This document shows, in pieces, positions 24,395 through 37,687 of a stretch of DNA of 64,000 nucleotides. The stretch comes from Somniosus microcephalus (taxonomy: Eukaryota), in assembly GCA_052327205.1 (NCBI GenBank), contig CM126204.1:73036001-73100000 (forward strand). Reading direction: 5' to 3'. How positions within the stretch are numbered: position 1 is the stretch's first letter; the number at the start of each line of letters is the position of its first letter. Made by a program: the position numbers and the translations under genes. Below the pieces are notes generated by a model. It was given only the letters and a program-made list of their open reading frames with translations, made no database searches and had not been told where the DNA came from.

Positions 24395-27300
24395 CACAGG
24401 TATATACTCAAATTCATGCATAGAGTGCCGCTCGTTGACCCCTGGCTGCCAGTAAAACTTTGAAAAGAGCTCACTAGTAGACTTTTTAATCACTGAAAAT
24501 TTGTCTGTGCACCAACCACAGTATAACTACAGCTGATGCTGAGTGCTAGCAGTACCAAACCACTGCAGTGCTGGGCATTAGTATAGTTAAATAGATGGGC
24601 AAAACAGCATCAAATACAAGCTTTAGCATTTAACCCTTTAATTTAGTGATGTGACCACTGCAGATATGATCTTGTCTGATATCAAATGCTGAATTTTCTG
24701 TCGTACAATTAGAGAAGTGCAGTGAATCCAAGAGCAGTCCCCAAATCACAGCAATCTGATTCTAAGGATATGAATTTCTGAAAACCTTTTTTCTTCATTG
24801 CCCTCCATAATAAGCATGTCAGAAGTCCTGCTCATATGAAATTTTTTTCTTGGAGGAGGAATGCAGCATTCTTTTTACCATCTTAATTGTAGTCTCTCAA
24901 TAAACAAGAAACTTGTTCAATTGAATCAAAAAAACATTTTTGGGTGCACTAAGTATTAAATCAAATGAACCGTGTTTCTCCTGTATTCCTGTCTTTAGTG
25001 TTGTTGGAATTTCTTACAGGACATTTTCGTTCTGCTTTGCATCTTTCTTTGCTTCTTACTGGGCTTGAGTAAAACTCCAGGGTTCAGAATAATCACTATT
25101 TTTGCGTAGATAGGAGTAAGCTAGAAATTCAAATCATCTCACAGATATTTCTATATACACATATGCAGGTTTTGGGAGCAAACATGTTTCTATAGTTGTC
25201 AAAGGGTTAAATAAGTTTACTTAAGGGTATAGTTATGCTACAAAAGTCTTTTGGGAGAGAAATAAGTTATAATGATGTTGTCATGTGTATTTATTTTAGA
25301 AAACTGAAGTACTTTAGAAGGGAAGGTTAAGGAGCTTGGATTTTTGACAGCTCTAAATTCCATTAAACAAAAAAGGAATATTGTCTCTTTAACCTGAACA
25401 AACAAGCTGCCACACATTTTTTATATCTATTTCCTCTTCACTTGAAAGCGTTGTTTTTCAGCTGCTTTTCCAGAGTGTCAAAGTCAATTTAATGCATTTC
25501 ACTATGCTGAATAAATCAGAACCGAAATCCTTGCTAAAAGTGAAAATTTGATTTGCTAAAAGGAGCTTAGGGCAACTATTAATCAATACATCCAGAGTGT
25601 CAGTGCTGAGGCCCTGATAGACAGTGATGCATTTGGATATTGGTTGAAGCAGATGGAGGCTTGCTGGAGAGGGTTGTGGCTGCTGGGGTGTTCCTGGTAA
25701 AGTCACATTCAATTCCACAGAGAGCTTGTCATCACCTGAGCTGAAACAAACCTTTCTAAATCAGCTGCTCATCAATTTAAGCAGCCCAATCTCCTTAGCA
25801 AGTGTTCTAGATATTGCTACTCTTGTTTATTATACTGCAGTCTCACTTGTTCCATTCACTCAAAGTGCACTTTTTCTGTCTGCCTATTGCTCACCATTAC
25901 TCCCTACTTCAGTAACTTGGCCTTTTGAGTGTTAAAGGAAGGGCAGTGCAACTTGATTCTGGATTGTCTCTTTGATTTTGAAAGGATTTTTGTAATTGTT
26001 GATTAAAACTAAAACAATGAACAAGTAACGTGGCTAATGAGACACTCGCAACGGCACAAGACTGCATAAATTGGCCATTTCCATAAATACGCAAAGAGGA
26101 ATTCAAGAGAACAGTAATGTCACCACACAGAGATTTGAAGGAAAAAGCAAATATGTCTTTCATTGGCTACGAAAAAAAGCTGCAGAACCTATTTGGGCTA
26201 AGTATCAAAATCTCTAAGTACACTAATCATTTCTGCTGCCCATTTGCTCCAAAAACATTCCATTGTTAGCCTGTGTTCTACGGCTGCTTTTGCCTGCAGA
26301 ATTGTTCATTGATTTATTTCTTTTAACCCCCATAGACTTCTAAATATTCTCCTGTACAAATTGATCTGGCTATCCAATTCAAATAAAACTTTAAATTGTT
26401 AAAGGATTTCACAGCAGCTGTCACCAGATATAGTTTTTCCCAGCAGTTCTTTTGTTCTTTAAATCTGTGAAACCTCTGTGTATGATCTCACAAGCTGACA
26501 AGCTGTGAAATCAACCATACAAATAGAGCTGCTAATAATTGTGTACTGAGGAAGCAAATAAACACGGTTTTAAAAATAATGGTCACCTAGAGTAGCACCA
26601 TTTAGTTTGTGATTACTATTATAACCACTTACAGTCATCCCAAACCCACGTGCAAAACCATTTTCACTCCTCTAGGATTCTTAGATCCCAAACATTTTCT
26701 GGACAGAAAACGTAGATAATTAAACTGATGAGATAGCAGGTTGTCACAATGTAATGGAGCATCAATATGCTGTGTCACAGAGCAGTAGCATGTGGGGCTG
26801 TTCCTTCAGGTCTCCCATGCGGGGAGTTCCTGTTCTCCGCTGTACTGATGGGAAGGTTGCGAGTCAAATGCCAAGTGTCTTTTCATAGGGAACAAGGGAA
26901 AATCATACTTCATGTTCCAATCGCATTCATGTTGGCAGGGGTGGGGGTGGGGATAAGGTTGTACCTGTGAATAGTTCAAGTGCATGACCTGGTCTAGTTA
27001 CCTAAACAACGCAAGTGTTAATTCCATGTGTCTTTAATGCACTACTTTTCTCAGCTAAGGTGGATCTGCACCTGCTTAACCTACATGAGAAAGGATTAAT
27101 TACCAGTACAGAACAGTGTTAAAGTGAGTCAGCACATTTCTGGCAACGCATATGTTGACCTGGCTAGAGAGAATAGTAGGGTGTTAATGGCAAGCTTGGC
27201 TTTACTATAAGTGGGAGTCAGCAGTTTTAAACCAACCTGCTCTAATTCCCCTGTAACAACCAGATAATTTGCAAAGTTAGGAGAGTCCAGACCATTTCCT

Positions 27301-27723
27301 TGGTACTCCCACTTTGACAACATGAATGCTAATTGAAACTAGGCTTGTAACTCAGTTGTTCTGTTTGGGAGTCAAATGCTCTGTCATTTTAACTGCCAGA
27401 TCTTGGTTATTCTGTTTGCGCATTCCCAGTTACATGAATATTGAGCTTTAAATTTGACATTGGTACATTTAATGGCATAAATGAGGTTATTGTACATTTA
27501 AAATAAAAATATTAAGATCTTAAATATGTTAACCATGGTTAGTAATTTAACATGTTTTAACATTGTGTTGTAGGACATTTACTATAGTATCCCCCATGCA
27601 AATACTTGGCTCCCAGTGATTGTATTATAATGAGGTGATGTGTATTCAGATCTAAAAATGTTTAAAATTTGTGGCCGTTAATGGTACAGTCAGATTTAAT
27701 ATTCAATATTACCTGGTTGACTG

Positions 27724-28135
27724 ACTGAGTAAGGAAGTTATGGGTTCAAGCCCCAATGCAGGACTTCAGCACGTAATCTAGGCTGACACTTCAGTCCAGT
27801 ACTGAGGGAGTGCTGCATTGTTGGATGTGCCGTCTTTCAGATAAGACATTAAACCAATATGCCTGCTCAGGCGAGTGTAAAAGAGCCCATGACACTTTTT
27901 GATAAAGAGCTGGGGAGTTTTCCTCGAGTTCTACATAAGATCTCTCTCTCAACCATCACCACCAAAACAGATAGTCTGGTCATTTATCTCATTGTTGCTT
28001 GTGGAACATTTCTGTTTACAAATTGGCTGCCACTTTTGCCTACATAACAACAATGACTACACTTCAAAAGGTAATTCACTGGCTTTAGGCTATCCTGAGA
28101 GCATGAAAGGTGCTACATAAATGCAAGTTTGTTCA
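27724..28135 (+). mobile_element. Deu-domain tRNA SINE (SacSINE1/AmnSINE1-like)
   Basis: B-box GGGTTCAAGCC; core CAGTACTGAGGGAGTGCTGCA...TAAAAGAGCCCATGACAC; tail GAAAGGTGCTACATAAATGCAAGT. Confidence 0.8.
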
Positions 28136-28800
28136 TTTGTTCGCTCTCTATTTTATTAGCATGTATTTGCAAGCCAAAGATCATGGTCTCGGAACTATTT
28201 GTATGCTGCAAACATTTTTACTATTGCTCTATTTTTGTTTTCCAGTTTAAGTGCCAAGCATTTAAATCCACATAAAGAACATCTTAATATTTACTTTGGT
28301 TGTTTAATCATTGTATGAATGTGGATTATTTCAATTGATAGCACGAAAGTTGCTTATGAGCAGTGAAGTAATTGCCATTAAATGTGATGGCACACGGAGT
28401 TACTTAAAATCCAGCAACATACCAGATAATTACACATGACTGAACTGTTCACCCAGCAATAATTTACTGATAGTCCTGATAAAGTAATTACTCTGTTTTG
28501 TTGAAGAGTTCCTTTTATTTTCAGTGACTTCAATACAATTTGTCTTCAACTTATGCATACTTTCTGCAGCCATGCTATTCCAGGATCCTGTAGATGCATA
28601 CTGCTGGTTGCATCACATAACTAGTCTCCAATAATTGTGTGCATCTGACCTGACTCCATCTGGCTCAGTGCTGTTGGATCCTAGTCCAGAGAAAACATGT
28701 GCCTTTATATAAGCAGATTTTAATAAAAGAACAGATATGGTCCAAAGTATAGGCATGAACAGAATACTGTATGTGCTCATCTGTTTGATGCAGAACATCT

Positions 28801-29189
28801 AAAGAAAGAAAGACTTGCATTTATATAGCACCTTTCAAAACCTCAGGGCATCCCAAAGCGCTTTACAGCCAATTAAGTAGTTTTGAATGGTAGTCACTGT
28901 TGTAATGTCGGAAACGTGACAGCCAATTTCGCACAACAAGGTCCCACAAACAGCAATGAGATAATGACCAGATAATCTGTTTTAGTGATGTTGGTTGAGT
29001 GATAAATATTGACCAAGACACCAGGGAGAACTCCTCTGCTCTTCTTCGAAAATAATGCCATGGGATCTTTTACGTCCACCTGAGAGGGCAGATGGGACCT
29101 TGGTTTAATGCCTCATCTGAAAGACGCCACCTCCAACAGTGCAATGTTCCCTCAGCACTGCACTGGAGTATCGGCCTAGATTTTTGTGC
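28801..29189 (-). mobile_element. Deu-domain tRNA SINE (5'-truncated)
   Basis: Reverse complement of the same core (CAGGTGGACGTAAAAGATCCCATGGCATTATTTTCGAAGAAGAGCAG) with a (TTTC)n tail. Confidence 0.85.
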
Positions 29190-30142
29190 CCGGAGATTTC
29201 TACACACAAGATATATGAGCAATATAACAAGGAGAAACCTGGAAAAGTTTGTTGGTTTTGGTAGAATACTCTATTAGCATGCCCTCTCCTCCCACTCCCC
29301 CCAAAAATAATCTGCAATGTTACTTTTAGAGATACCTAATGAAAATGGTACGTCTTAGTGACGTAAGAGCCGTAGGATACAGGATAGTGGGCAGGGATAT
29401 TTCTTGTGTTAATAGTAGCAAGGGTAGTGTAGTTACCCCTGCAAAGAAACTAACATTACAGCTTTAAAAACTATATTGTCTAGTCTTCCAGTTTATTTTA
29501 ATTACACATAATTGGGGGGCACATTGAACTATCTTCAGTACTGTAAGAATTTTTAATTTCTATTTAGACAGTCCTTTTTTAAAAAAAAGGTAATGTCAAG
29601 ACATGCAATTATTTTTATTTTTTAAAAGAAAATAAGGATATGGACTCTACCAGATGGAGCTAATGATATACTGCCTTTTTCACACCATTCAACATTGCTT
29701 TTAGACAAGACTCTCTTATTTATAAAAACACAGCTCTGAAATTAGAGCAGTCTAGCTACTGATGATGGCCTTTATAAACGGTAACAAACACAGCTGGCTT
29801 AACAGTACATTGCCAAGATAGTTAGAACGTGGCGGGTGAAAAAATAATTTTCATTAGAGAAGCATTTTGTCTGCATAGCGGCAAGAAATGCTTTTCTGAG
29901 GCTGCTTAGTCAGGGATATCAGCCTGTTGGCAGGGAGTGATTGCCAGACGAAAAACAAGGTATTATTGCACATTTTTCCCTCTTATTAGTTTGATTACAT
30001 TTGCAAATCAAATCAATCCATCAGTCGTGATCAGCTGTGTTCAGAATTCAAGGAATGGTAATCTTCTTCTAATAAGATGCAAATGTGTCACATCGGTAAG
30101 TAACCAATAAATCATTGGTGTGTCATTGGCAATCATTAAATA

Positions 30143-30274
30143 NNNNNNNNNNNNNNNNNNNNNNNNNNNNNNNNNNNNNNNNNNNNNNNNNNNNNNNNNN
30201 NNNNNNNNNNNNNNNNNNNNNNNNNNNNNNNNNNNNNNNNNNNNNNNNNNNNNNNNNNNNNNNNNNNNNNNNNN
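30143..30274. other. Assembly gap (N run)
   Basis: Run of N bases. Confidence 0.99.
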
Positions 30275-33039
30275 AACTTGGCTGTCATCACAGTACATTA
30301 TTCCTCACAGTTCATGCAAAGTTCACAGACAAGCATGAAATGGCCATTTCTTTCCCCAACAACTGTTCAAATGGGCCACCCTTTCCATCAGAGAACAAGC
30401 AGGCAGGGCTGGCAGGCCTTGGAAATGGAATTGGATACGAGCTGTCTGAGTCCACTAAAGTATTATAACCTCTGCACATCAGCAGATGGGAGCAATGCAT
30501 CAGGCTAAGCAGGGATTCCAGGGCGAGGGCAAAGAGGAGCTGGCATTTCTGACAAAAGCCCGTAGGCTTCTGTATCAGACAACTGTGTAAGATTAGGTTT
30601 GCCAAGCAATGCAGTTTTGTCTTGTCGAAAGAGATTCAATCCATGTTTTCTGCCCCTATTGCTATTAGTAAAATCCACACAATTATTAATATTTAATACA
30701 GTTTAGTTCCTGAAATAGACTCCATACTCTTACTATCATCTATTTCCAAAATGTATTTTTTTTAACCAGAGTTCGATTATAATGTGTCTACACTAGTTGA
30801 GTACCACTGGTAAACCACAAAGTGCCACAGCGACCTATTACCCTAGATAGAGCAAAACACATGAACTGAACAAGTGGCTCATCTGAGAAAAAGGAGAAGG
30901 ATATCCATATTTTATAACCTACATTAATTTGACCAGACATAGAGAGAAGGATTCCATTATGAATGGGCTTTTAGAAAGGGCTGTTATTTAATTGTCTATT
31001 CCTGCTTACCCAACATTTCCAATGTTTAAGCTACACATATTGAGTAAATATTAGACGCTTCATTTGTTTGCTCTCTTTCCTAGCTTACTGTTGATTTTTT
31101 TTTGTGGGGGTGGAGGGATGGGTTAATAGAATAATCACATTTTCCTGGCTGCTATAAAGCATCATTTGAAAACTAGTTGGGTGGGAAAAAAATTAGAGAA
31201 CTTATTTGTAGGAGATAGCATGTAAAGGATTATCTTTCCCACAGTTGTACACTTGTAGAAACATATTTTCATACAGGCTCTTTCTATGTTAGGCACCTGC
31301 TTTCTACAAATGTACTGTAAAACACCTTTAACCTGTACATATACTTCTAATTGCTGGTGAAGCTTTTGTTAGCTTTCAGAGTCCCAAGTTTTACTGCATT
31401 AATGCATAGAAATGGCTCACCAGGGAATATTTGCTGCACTTTTTAATAAAGGGAAAAAAACAATAGGAACAGTATATACACAGTTGGCCCATTCCCTCGT
31501 AGCAGTGTTAGCTTTTGTGAAGAGGATCCCCATCTCTCAACACATTTGTTACTGTCATACTCTTGGGGTCTGTAGAGTTCTTTTAAAAAAATTGCTGAAT
31601 TAGCTGAAAGGAGCTATAGACTTCAAGAACAAATCTACTGGGGACTGCTGAGGGAAGAAGAAAGAGTAAAACACGACACACGACAGAGCAGCTAACAGAT
31701 AGCTGGAGAGGGATGCCCTAATGCACAGCTGCTGCCTCCCCTAGACAGCTCATCCTCTTCTTTTGTCAATCCAAGGCATTGTGGTTGCATTTGTGCAGGG
31801 ATTTATAGTTTATCTTTATCTATTGCTTCATCTGTAGGTAGCTATTATAGATGCCTGGGCTGGTTATTGTTTGGGGGTGATAGATCTGTCTGTACTTCAT
31901 CAAAGAAACTGGAGTAGCTAAAAGCCATTGGGTGAAGCTTATGATGAAATACGAGCCATCAGCCTCAGTAATGGCTGTAAAATTTCATAATTACATGTCC
32001 TTTATTACATTGCATAATGATCCTGAAGCAGTATGAAACAATTAATTAAGATTTTGAACCATGGCTTTTTTGAAATTAAAAGGTACTCGGTCTGTGAAAT
32101 GGGGAAGTGGCTTTCCTTTAAAGCATGAAGGAGACGGGTGTTCAGGGAATCTGATGTATTGAGCCTAGATTTGTAAGATGCACTGAACTAAGGAAAATTC
32201 CTCTCAAGCAATCATAAATGAAGTATTTTGTACAAAATGTAGTGTCATAGCACCCCAGATTAGACTTGTCACATCTGCCATTTTCCACAGCTATTTGCCT
32301 CATTCAGTGTTTTTGGTGTAGCTGATAAGAAATTGAGTGACTTGTAAAGTGCAGACATTTTTTTAAAACTGCTCTTGTTTAGTGTTTTTTTCTAAAGACT
32401 TTATCAGTATCAAAAATGGAATTCTGAAAAAAAATGCATCAAAATGTTTGATTTTTCATGCTGAGCATATTATATGCCAAAGAAACCTACTGATTCATAA
32501 TAGTGAACTTTGCTTAAAAAAGTTTATTCTGTTAATGTGTTGTGATATTCAAGTGGTAGACTTTTAGTACTATTTTAATATACCACTGCAAAACATTTCA
32601 ATACACGATTAAGAGTTCAATGAATAAAAACATCGTCATGTTGAAAAGAGTAATATTTAAAGAAATGTTTTTAAAGTAATAATTGGCAAGAAAAGAGGTA
32701 ATTGGAAGTGAGCAAATAAAGATGGTCACTCAGTTAGTTACCATGGAGGCTGGATTTACGATGGTTGAGGATTGGATTCGCTTTGTGTGTTTATGCTCAT
32801 TGTCTTATTCCTAAAGTAGTGCTTTAAGGCCCAAAGCTGGCAGTGGGACGATGGAAGTCAGGTGATCTGATTGGATAATTCAGATTAGGATGTTGAATAA
32901 AATGATCAACAATTTGTTAGCTGTATTTTTTCAATCACTGTCACTGGACAATTTTGATTTAGATATTAATTTAAGCAAGATAGCTACTAAGATTATATAG
33001 TTGCAGGTTATAGTGAAATTATCTACCAGATGCTCATAT

Positions 33040-33182
33040 TTCATAGGATCATACAGCACTGAAGGAGGCCATTCAGCCCATTGTGCCTGTGCCAGCTCCT
33101 TGAAAAAGCTATCTAATTAGTCTCACTCCCCTGCTCTTTTCCCATAGCCCTGCAAATTTTTCCTTTTCAAGTATATATCGAA
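33040..33182 (-). mobile_element. CR1-clade LINE 3'-end fragment
   Basis: GAAGGAGGCCATTCAGCCCATTGTGCCTGTG...TTTTCAAGTATATATC matches 56136-56272. Confidence 0.7.
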
Positions 33183-33328
33183 TATTTAGTATATTTTTGA
33201 AATTATGCAGAAATGCCTGTGTGTCATTCCAGGAATTCAGCAGACAGTACCTAGACATTAGGTTATTAAAAAAGAATCACACACAGATAATGCAGAGGTA
33301 CCTATTGTTGACCCTTTAAAAAGCTATT

Positions 33329-34391
33329 GGCCCAGAAATTCCGTTCGCATGCCTCCCGCGGGTGGAGGGTTGCGATCTGGAAAAATCTGCGCTTGGACTG
33401 GAGGGCTCCCGGGAGGCGCAGAGTTCCGTTGCTGGGCCTCTCCAAGCTGCCGGTGTGCACACGTATCCCAGAGGCACAGGCGGTTCGCAGCGTCCCTGGG
33501 ATCGTGTGGGCCATGGGAGCCAATCAGAGAAGAGAATCTCCATTCATAGATTTGACAGGAAGACCTGTCAAATATATGAATAGAGATCAAGTGCAACGAG
33601 GACTTTCTGGAGGCCGAGCTGGTTGCAGTACTGGAAGTGCTTACAAGTGGAATAGACACTTCGCCATATAGTCACAGAGCATAATTAAACCCAATGGCCT
33701 AGAAATTGTCTATAGCCCCATTTGGGGCGCCAGCCTCACCAGGGCGCTAAAAGTAGCGCCCCGGAAGCATTCGGGGGTGCCCGCTGGAAAGGGGAGGGGC
33801 CTTGCTCAGCGCGATCTGGGGCCCAGCTGGTTCCCCGAGGATCGCGAGTGCCGGCAAAAGAGCCCGGCACCGAGGAGAAGTGCCGGGCTCTTGGAACGCA
33901 GCCGGAATGCAGCCGGCACTCCGCCGGTTTCAATTCGTGCCGGACCACTGAAGGTGCCGGACCATCGGGTGCCGGATTACCGGTGTTGTACCTGTATTTT
34001 AAACAAAAATTTAAATTTTTGAAAAAAATAATTAAAGCTTTTAACAGGGCTAAAAATAAACTTACCTTTCTTTAAAGTATTTTAAATGATAAATCAGTGG
34101 AAATTTAAAAAACAACTTTTTTTCAACTCTTATCCTGGTAAAAGCAGGCCTTGCGCCTGCTTTTACCAGGCGCAATAATTGTAAGGGTTTTCTGCGGGCA
34201 GAGGGTCTCCAAAAAATGTAACTCTCCGCCCGCAGAGGCCCTGCTCCAGCGCAGCTGGAGGATCTGTCAAGAGCTTTCTTGACAGATCGGAAATGCCGTT
34301 TTGCAGTGCATGCCTGAAACCGGCATTTCCGATGTCCCTACGGGTGAGTACACAGCGCGTACTCACCTGTAGGGACCGGAATATCCGGCCC
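33329..34391. mobile_element. Composite Harbinger MITE: family A arms enclosing a unique segment and a family B left end
   Basis: 33329-33585 and ~33998-34391 are reverse complements of parts of 6371-7106. From 33696 the sequence reads GGCCTAGAAATTG.CTATAGCCCC.TTTGGGGCG like 20287, then matches 59253-59371. Flanks are ATT/AAT. Confidence 0.8.
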
Positions 34392-37300
34392 AATAATATT
34401 CTTGAGCTGTTGCCATAAAATTAGAATGTAACATTTTCATTTGATAATGCTGTAATACAGAGTCTGTTTCTAGTGTCTGCAATTTGTTTTTATTATATTC
34501 TTTAATATTTACATTTTGGTTTAAGATATTGATGGGGGAGAAGGAGAAGCGTGTGGGGGAGAACATTTATTTTCTCATAGTTTTAAAATAATAAGACCTG
34601 CAATCAAAGGGTTACACCAACAAAATAGAAACCTTGTTCATTAAGAAGGGATCCTGTTTTTGTGATCAAGTGGTCTTAACTAATATTAATTTTAAAGCGG
34701 GAGGGTGAGGAATGCTCAGTAATGTCTTGCTATTACAGCATTGTGCATAATAGGCTCACCGAAATGATGAGGAAGGAGTCAGCATCTCCTAAACAGCTTG
34801 CACCAGGGGCTGAAGGAAAAATCACACAGTTTTGGGGTAACGAGCTAGAACATTTCACTAGTGCAGAGTTATCTGATTCCATTAAAGTCATTACTGGCAG
34901 AGTGCACAGGTGCCCCCCCCACCACCCCCCCTCCGGCTAGTGCCTGTACATTGCTGTGTGGATGCTGACTGCCGGTTAGGACTAATGGTGTCATTCTTAC
35001 AAAAATCCGGGTGTCGTTGGCTCTGATCACTTGTCATTCCTTAATGGAAACAAAATAGTCCTCCCAGTAAGAAGCCCAATGTCATTTCACTACCCCATGC
35101 TGTCCTAGCAATAGTGAAATGACAGAGTGATTCTCAGTAGGAGTAATTAAAATGTAAATATTGATATTTTATTATTTGAAATTACTTTCCAGTACAGCAT
35201 TTAATGTTGCTCCATCTGTGCAGCTCTGTTTAGTGGTCACTTAAGTGCAGCTCTGGGACATGAAGCAGCAGTTCAATCCTGTCATGTCAAAATGCTTGTT
35301 CCTGCTTAATTTTGATATCTAATTAAGTGGAAAAGTACAGTCCATACTGTAATCCAGGCATCTTAAACAGCTGCTTGGGTATATTTAGAATTAATCTTGG
35401 CTATGAATTGTCTTAATGTATGCAATTAAGAGTCTGCGCATTCCTAATTAGGTGTATTAGAATCATGCAGCTTACCATCCTGGTATAGACTTTGGGATGT
35501 CTGCCTCGAGAGCAAATGATAACGCTACTAAATGGATTGTGATAAACATAGCAGTGTTAATGTATTTTTTTCATCCAGCGTTGCTGCCGCATAGAGTTTC
35601 ATCCCTTGTTTCAGTGAGATGAAAGCAGCCTCTGATAAAAGCTGAAACCACTTCAATCTGCTCAATGGCACCAGTCTACATATCAGTATGTCTCTGTTAC
35701 AAAAGCTCAGGGGGATTAGGTGTTAAAATTGTCTAATTTTCACCATATTCACTGTCTATTAGCAAACAGAATTATTCAATACTTATTGAACATTAGAACT
35801 ATATTTGAATGTAGGCAGAAAGAATCCTGTTTCAGGGAATTTGCATTATGTACATTTTTGCTAAATGTTCAATGATTCTTGGATTAAGGGTTCAAACAGA
35901 TGTTTTCAAGACTGTGAGATGTATTTCTACTGCAGACAAACTCCTGCCCATGGCCTTATGCAGTGTAGCACATTGCGTGACCAAGTTCCAGTTTTGCTTT
36001 GTTACAAGTGCTAGGAAACTTTTTCTCCCCCTTCTAATATCTGCAGATGATCCAACCTATTGTATCATTGTATAATATAGCCAAATAGGTCACTTTTCAT
36101 ATGTAGTTTGGCAACATATGGTCAAATGATTTAACAAAAATGCTAATGAAACAACGTTAGCCTGGGTAGCTTAACTGATGCTGCCTATCTCAGCTAGGCG
36201 ATCATAGAGGTTTGATTTTCTCTCTCCTTCTGTCTCTTACTCTCTCTCCAAATCACCCATTACAGTGTGTTTTGTAAAGTTCCCAGGTAGCTTGGCGGGT
36301 GCAATAACTCTGCAGATGTTCCAATTAGATGAAGGGATTGGGGGGGGGGGGGGGGAGAGGTTACAATAGAAAAAATAATTTCTAGAATACATAAAAATAC
36401 TTGAATATTACATTTCCTGCATTTCTTACCTATATAGCTTCTTTGGATTTGGAAACATGTTTAAATGTAAAGCTGCTTTGCTTCAAAACAGTATTACCAA
36501 ATCTTAAAATATTGTATAAAGTATTGTCACCAGCTTACTCCATGCCTTAGCATTGGAAGATATTTTTGTTTTTCTGTGGGAAATCAAAACCAGGAACTAC
36601 CATTGCAACACTGAAGTCCATCAAAATTGATGAACTGAGATTCACAATAGAAATGGCAACTCTCCCATGGGGCAATACAGGATCTCTTCTGAGACAAAGA
36701 TATTGCAAAGGCAACTTCCAGAATATTAGCTACTTCACTAATGTATTTTAGACTGACACAGGCTTCATGAGAAAGTGTTTGGGGAGGAGGAAGTACTGTG
36801 CCTAATTTTCATGGTGAGCATGTCATATGCAAGAAATGCATTCATCTGTTTCAGTATGATTTACGTCGTAAGCAAAGTTAGCAAATCATATTTTTAATCA
36901 AGATGGTGCCCATTTGAAAAAGTGGAAAATGCATATACCCTGTATTACATCTCGCCTTATTTATATTTACTCCCCATTCTTTAGCTTAGGTCCACCACAT
37001 GCTAATTCTGATAAAGAACGCAAGCAGTCTGTTCAGGTTTCCTATACAGTTGTATAATTGGCCACCAGAAGGTGTGCAAGAGCAATGTTAGTTCATTGTT
37101 TCATCTTGGTGCCTTTCAGATGGCCCAAGTAAGACTGCAATGTCATCAGTGATGGATCATGGGGAGAACCCGGGCACAAAATTTGGATCGGTAGCGACCG
37201 TTGTTTGGGCGCGATGGGTGCTGTTGGCATGCCAAAATGGCATCCAACACGCATGTGCACACTTGTTGGTCGAATTGCGCCAGATGCCATATTGATTAGG

Positions 37301-37687
37301 GTGTTAGCACGTGCGCAGTGAACATCCGCCAGAAGTATATAGAGCAGGCAGATCATGACGTCAGTCAGCATGCAGCACTGATTTGACGCCAGCGGTGTCA
37401 TTTTGGAGCTCACGCTTCAGCTAACGCCCTCTCTTAACCTCGCACAGCTGAACATGCATTCAGCAGCAGGAAGGACCCCCCACTAGCGCTATTTAAAGGG
37501 ATCATCAACTACTTTCAGATTCGTTTCTTTCTTTCTTTCTTCTTCAGTGGCTGGTTGATTTCTTCTGGCTGTTGCTACAATTCTACTGTTTGGTGCTTTC
37601 TATAGTTGTTTCAAGTCGCAGGAGTGGTATGGCAGGTGCTGACGTTTTCCTGACTTGAAGGCTTCTGCACAAGCTACTTGCTGCCAG

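Noticed and set aside
30041-30468. ORFs spanning the N run
   Set aside because: Artefacts of the assembly gap.
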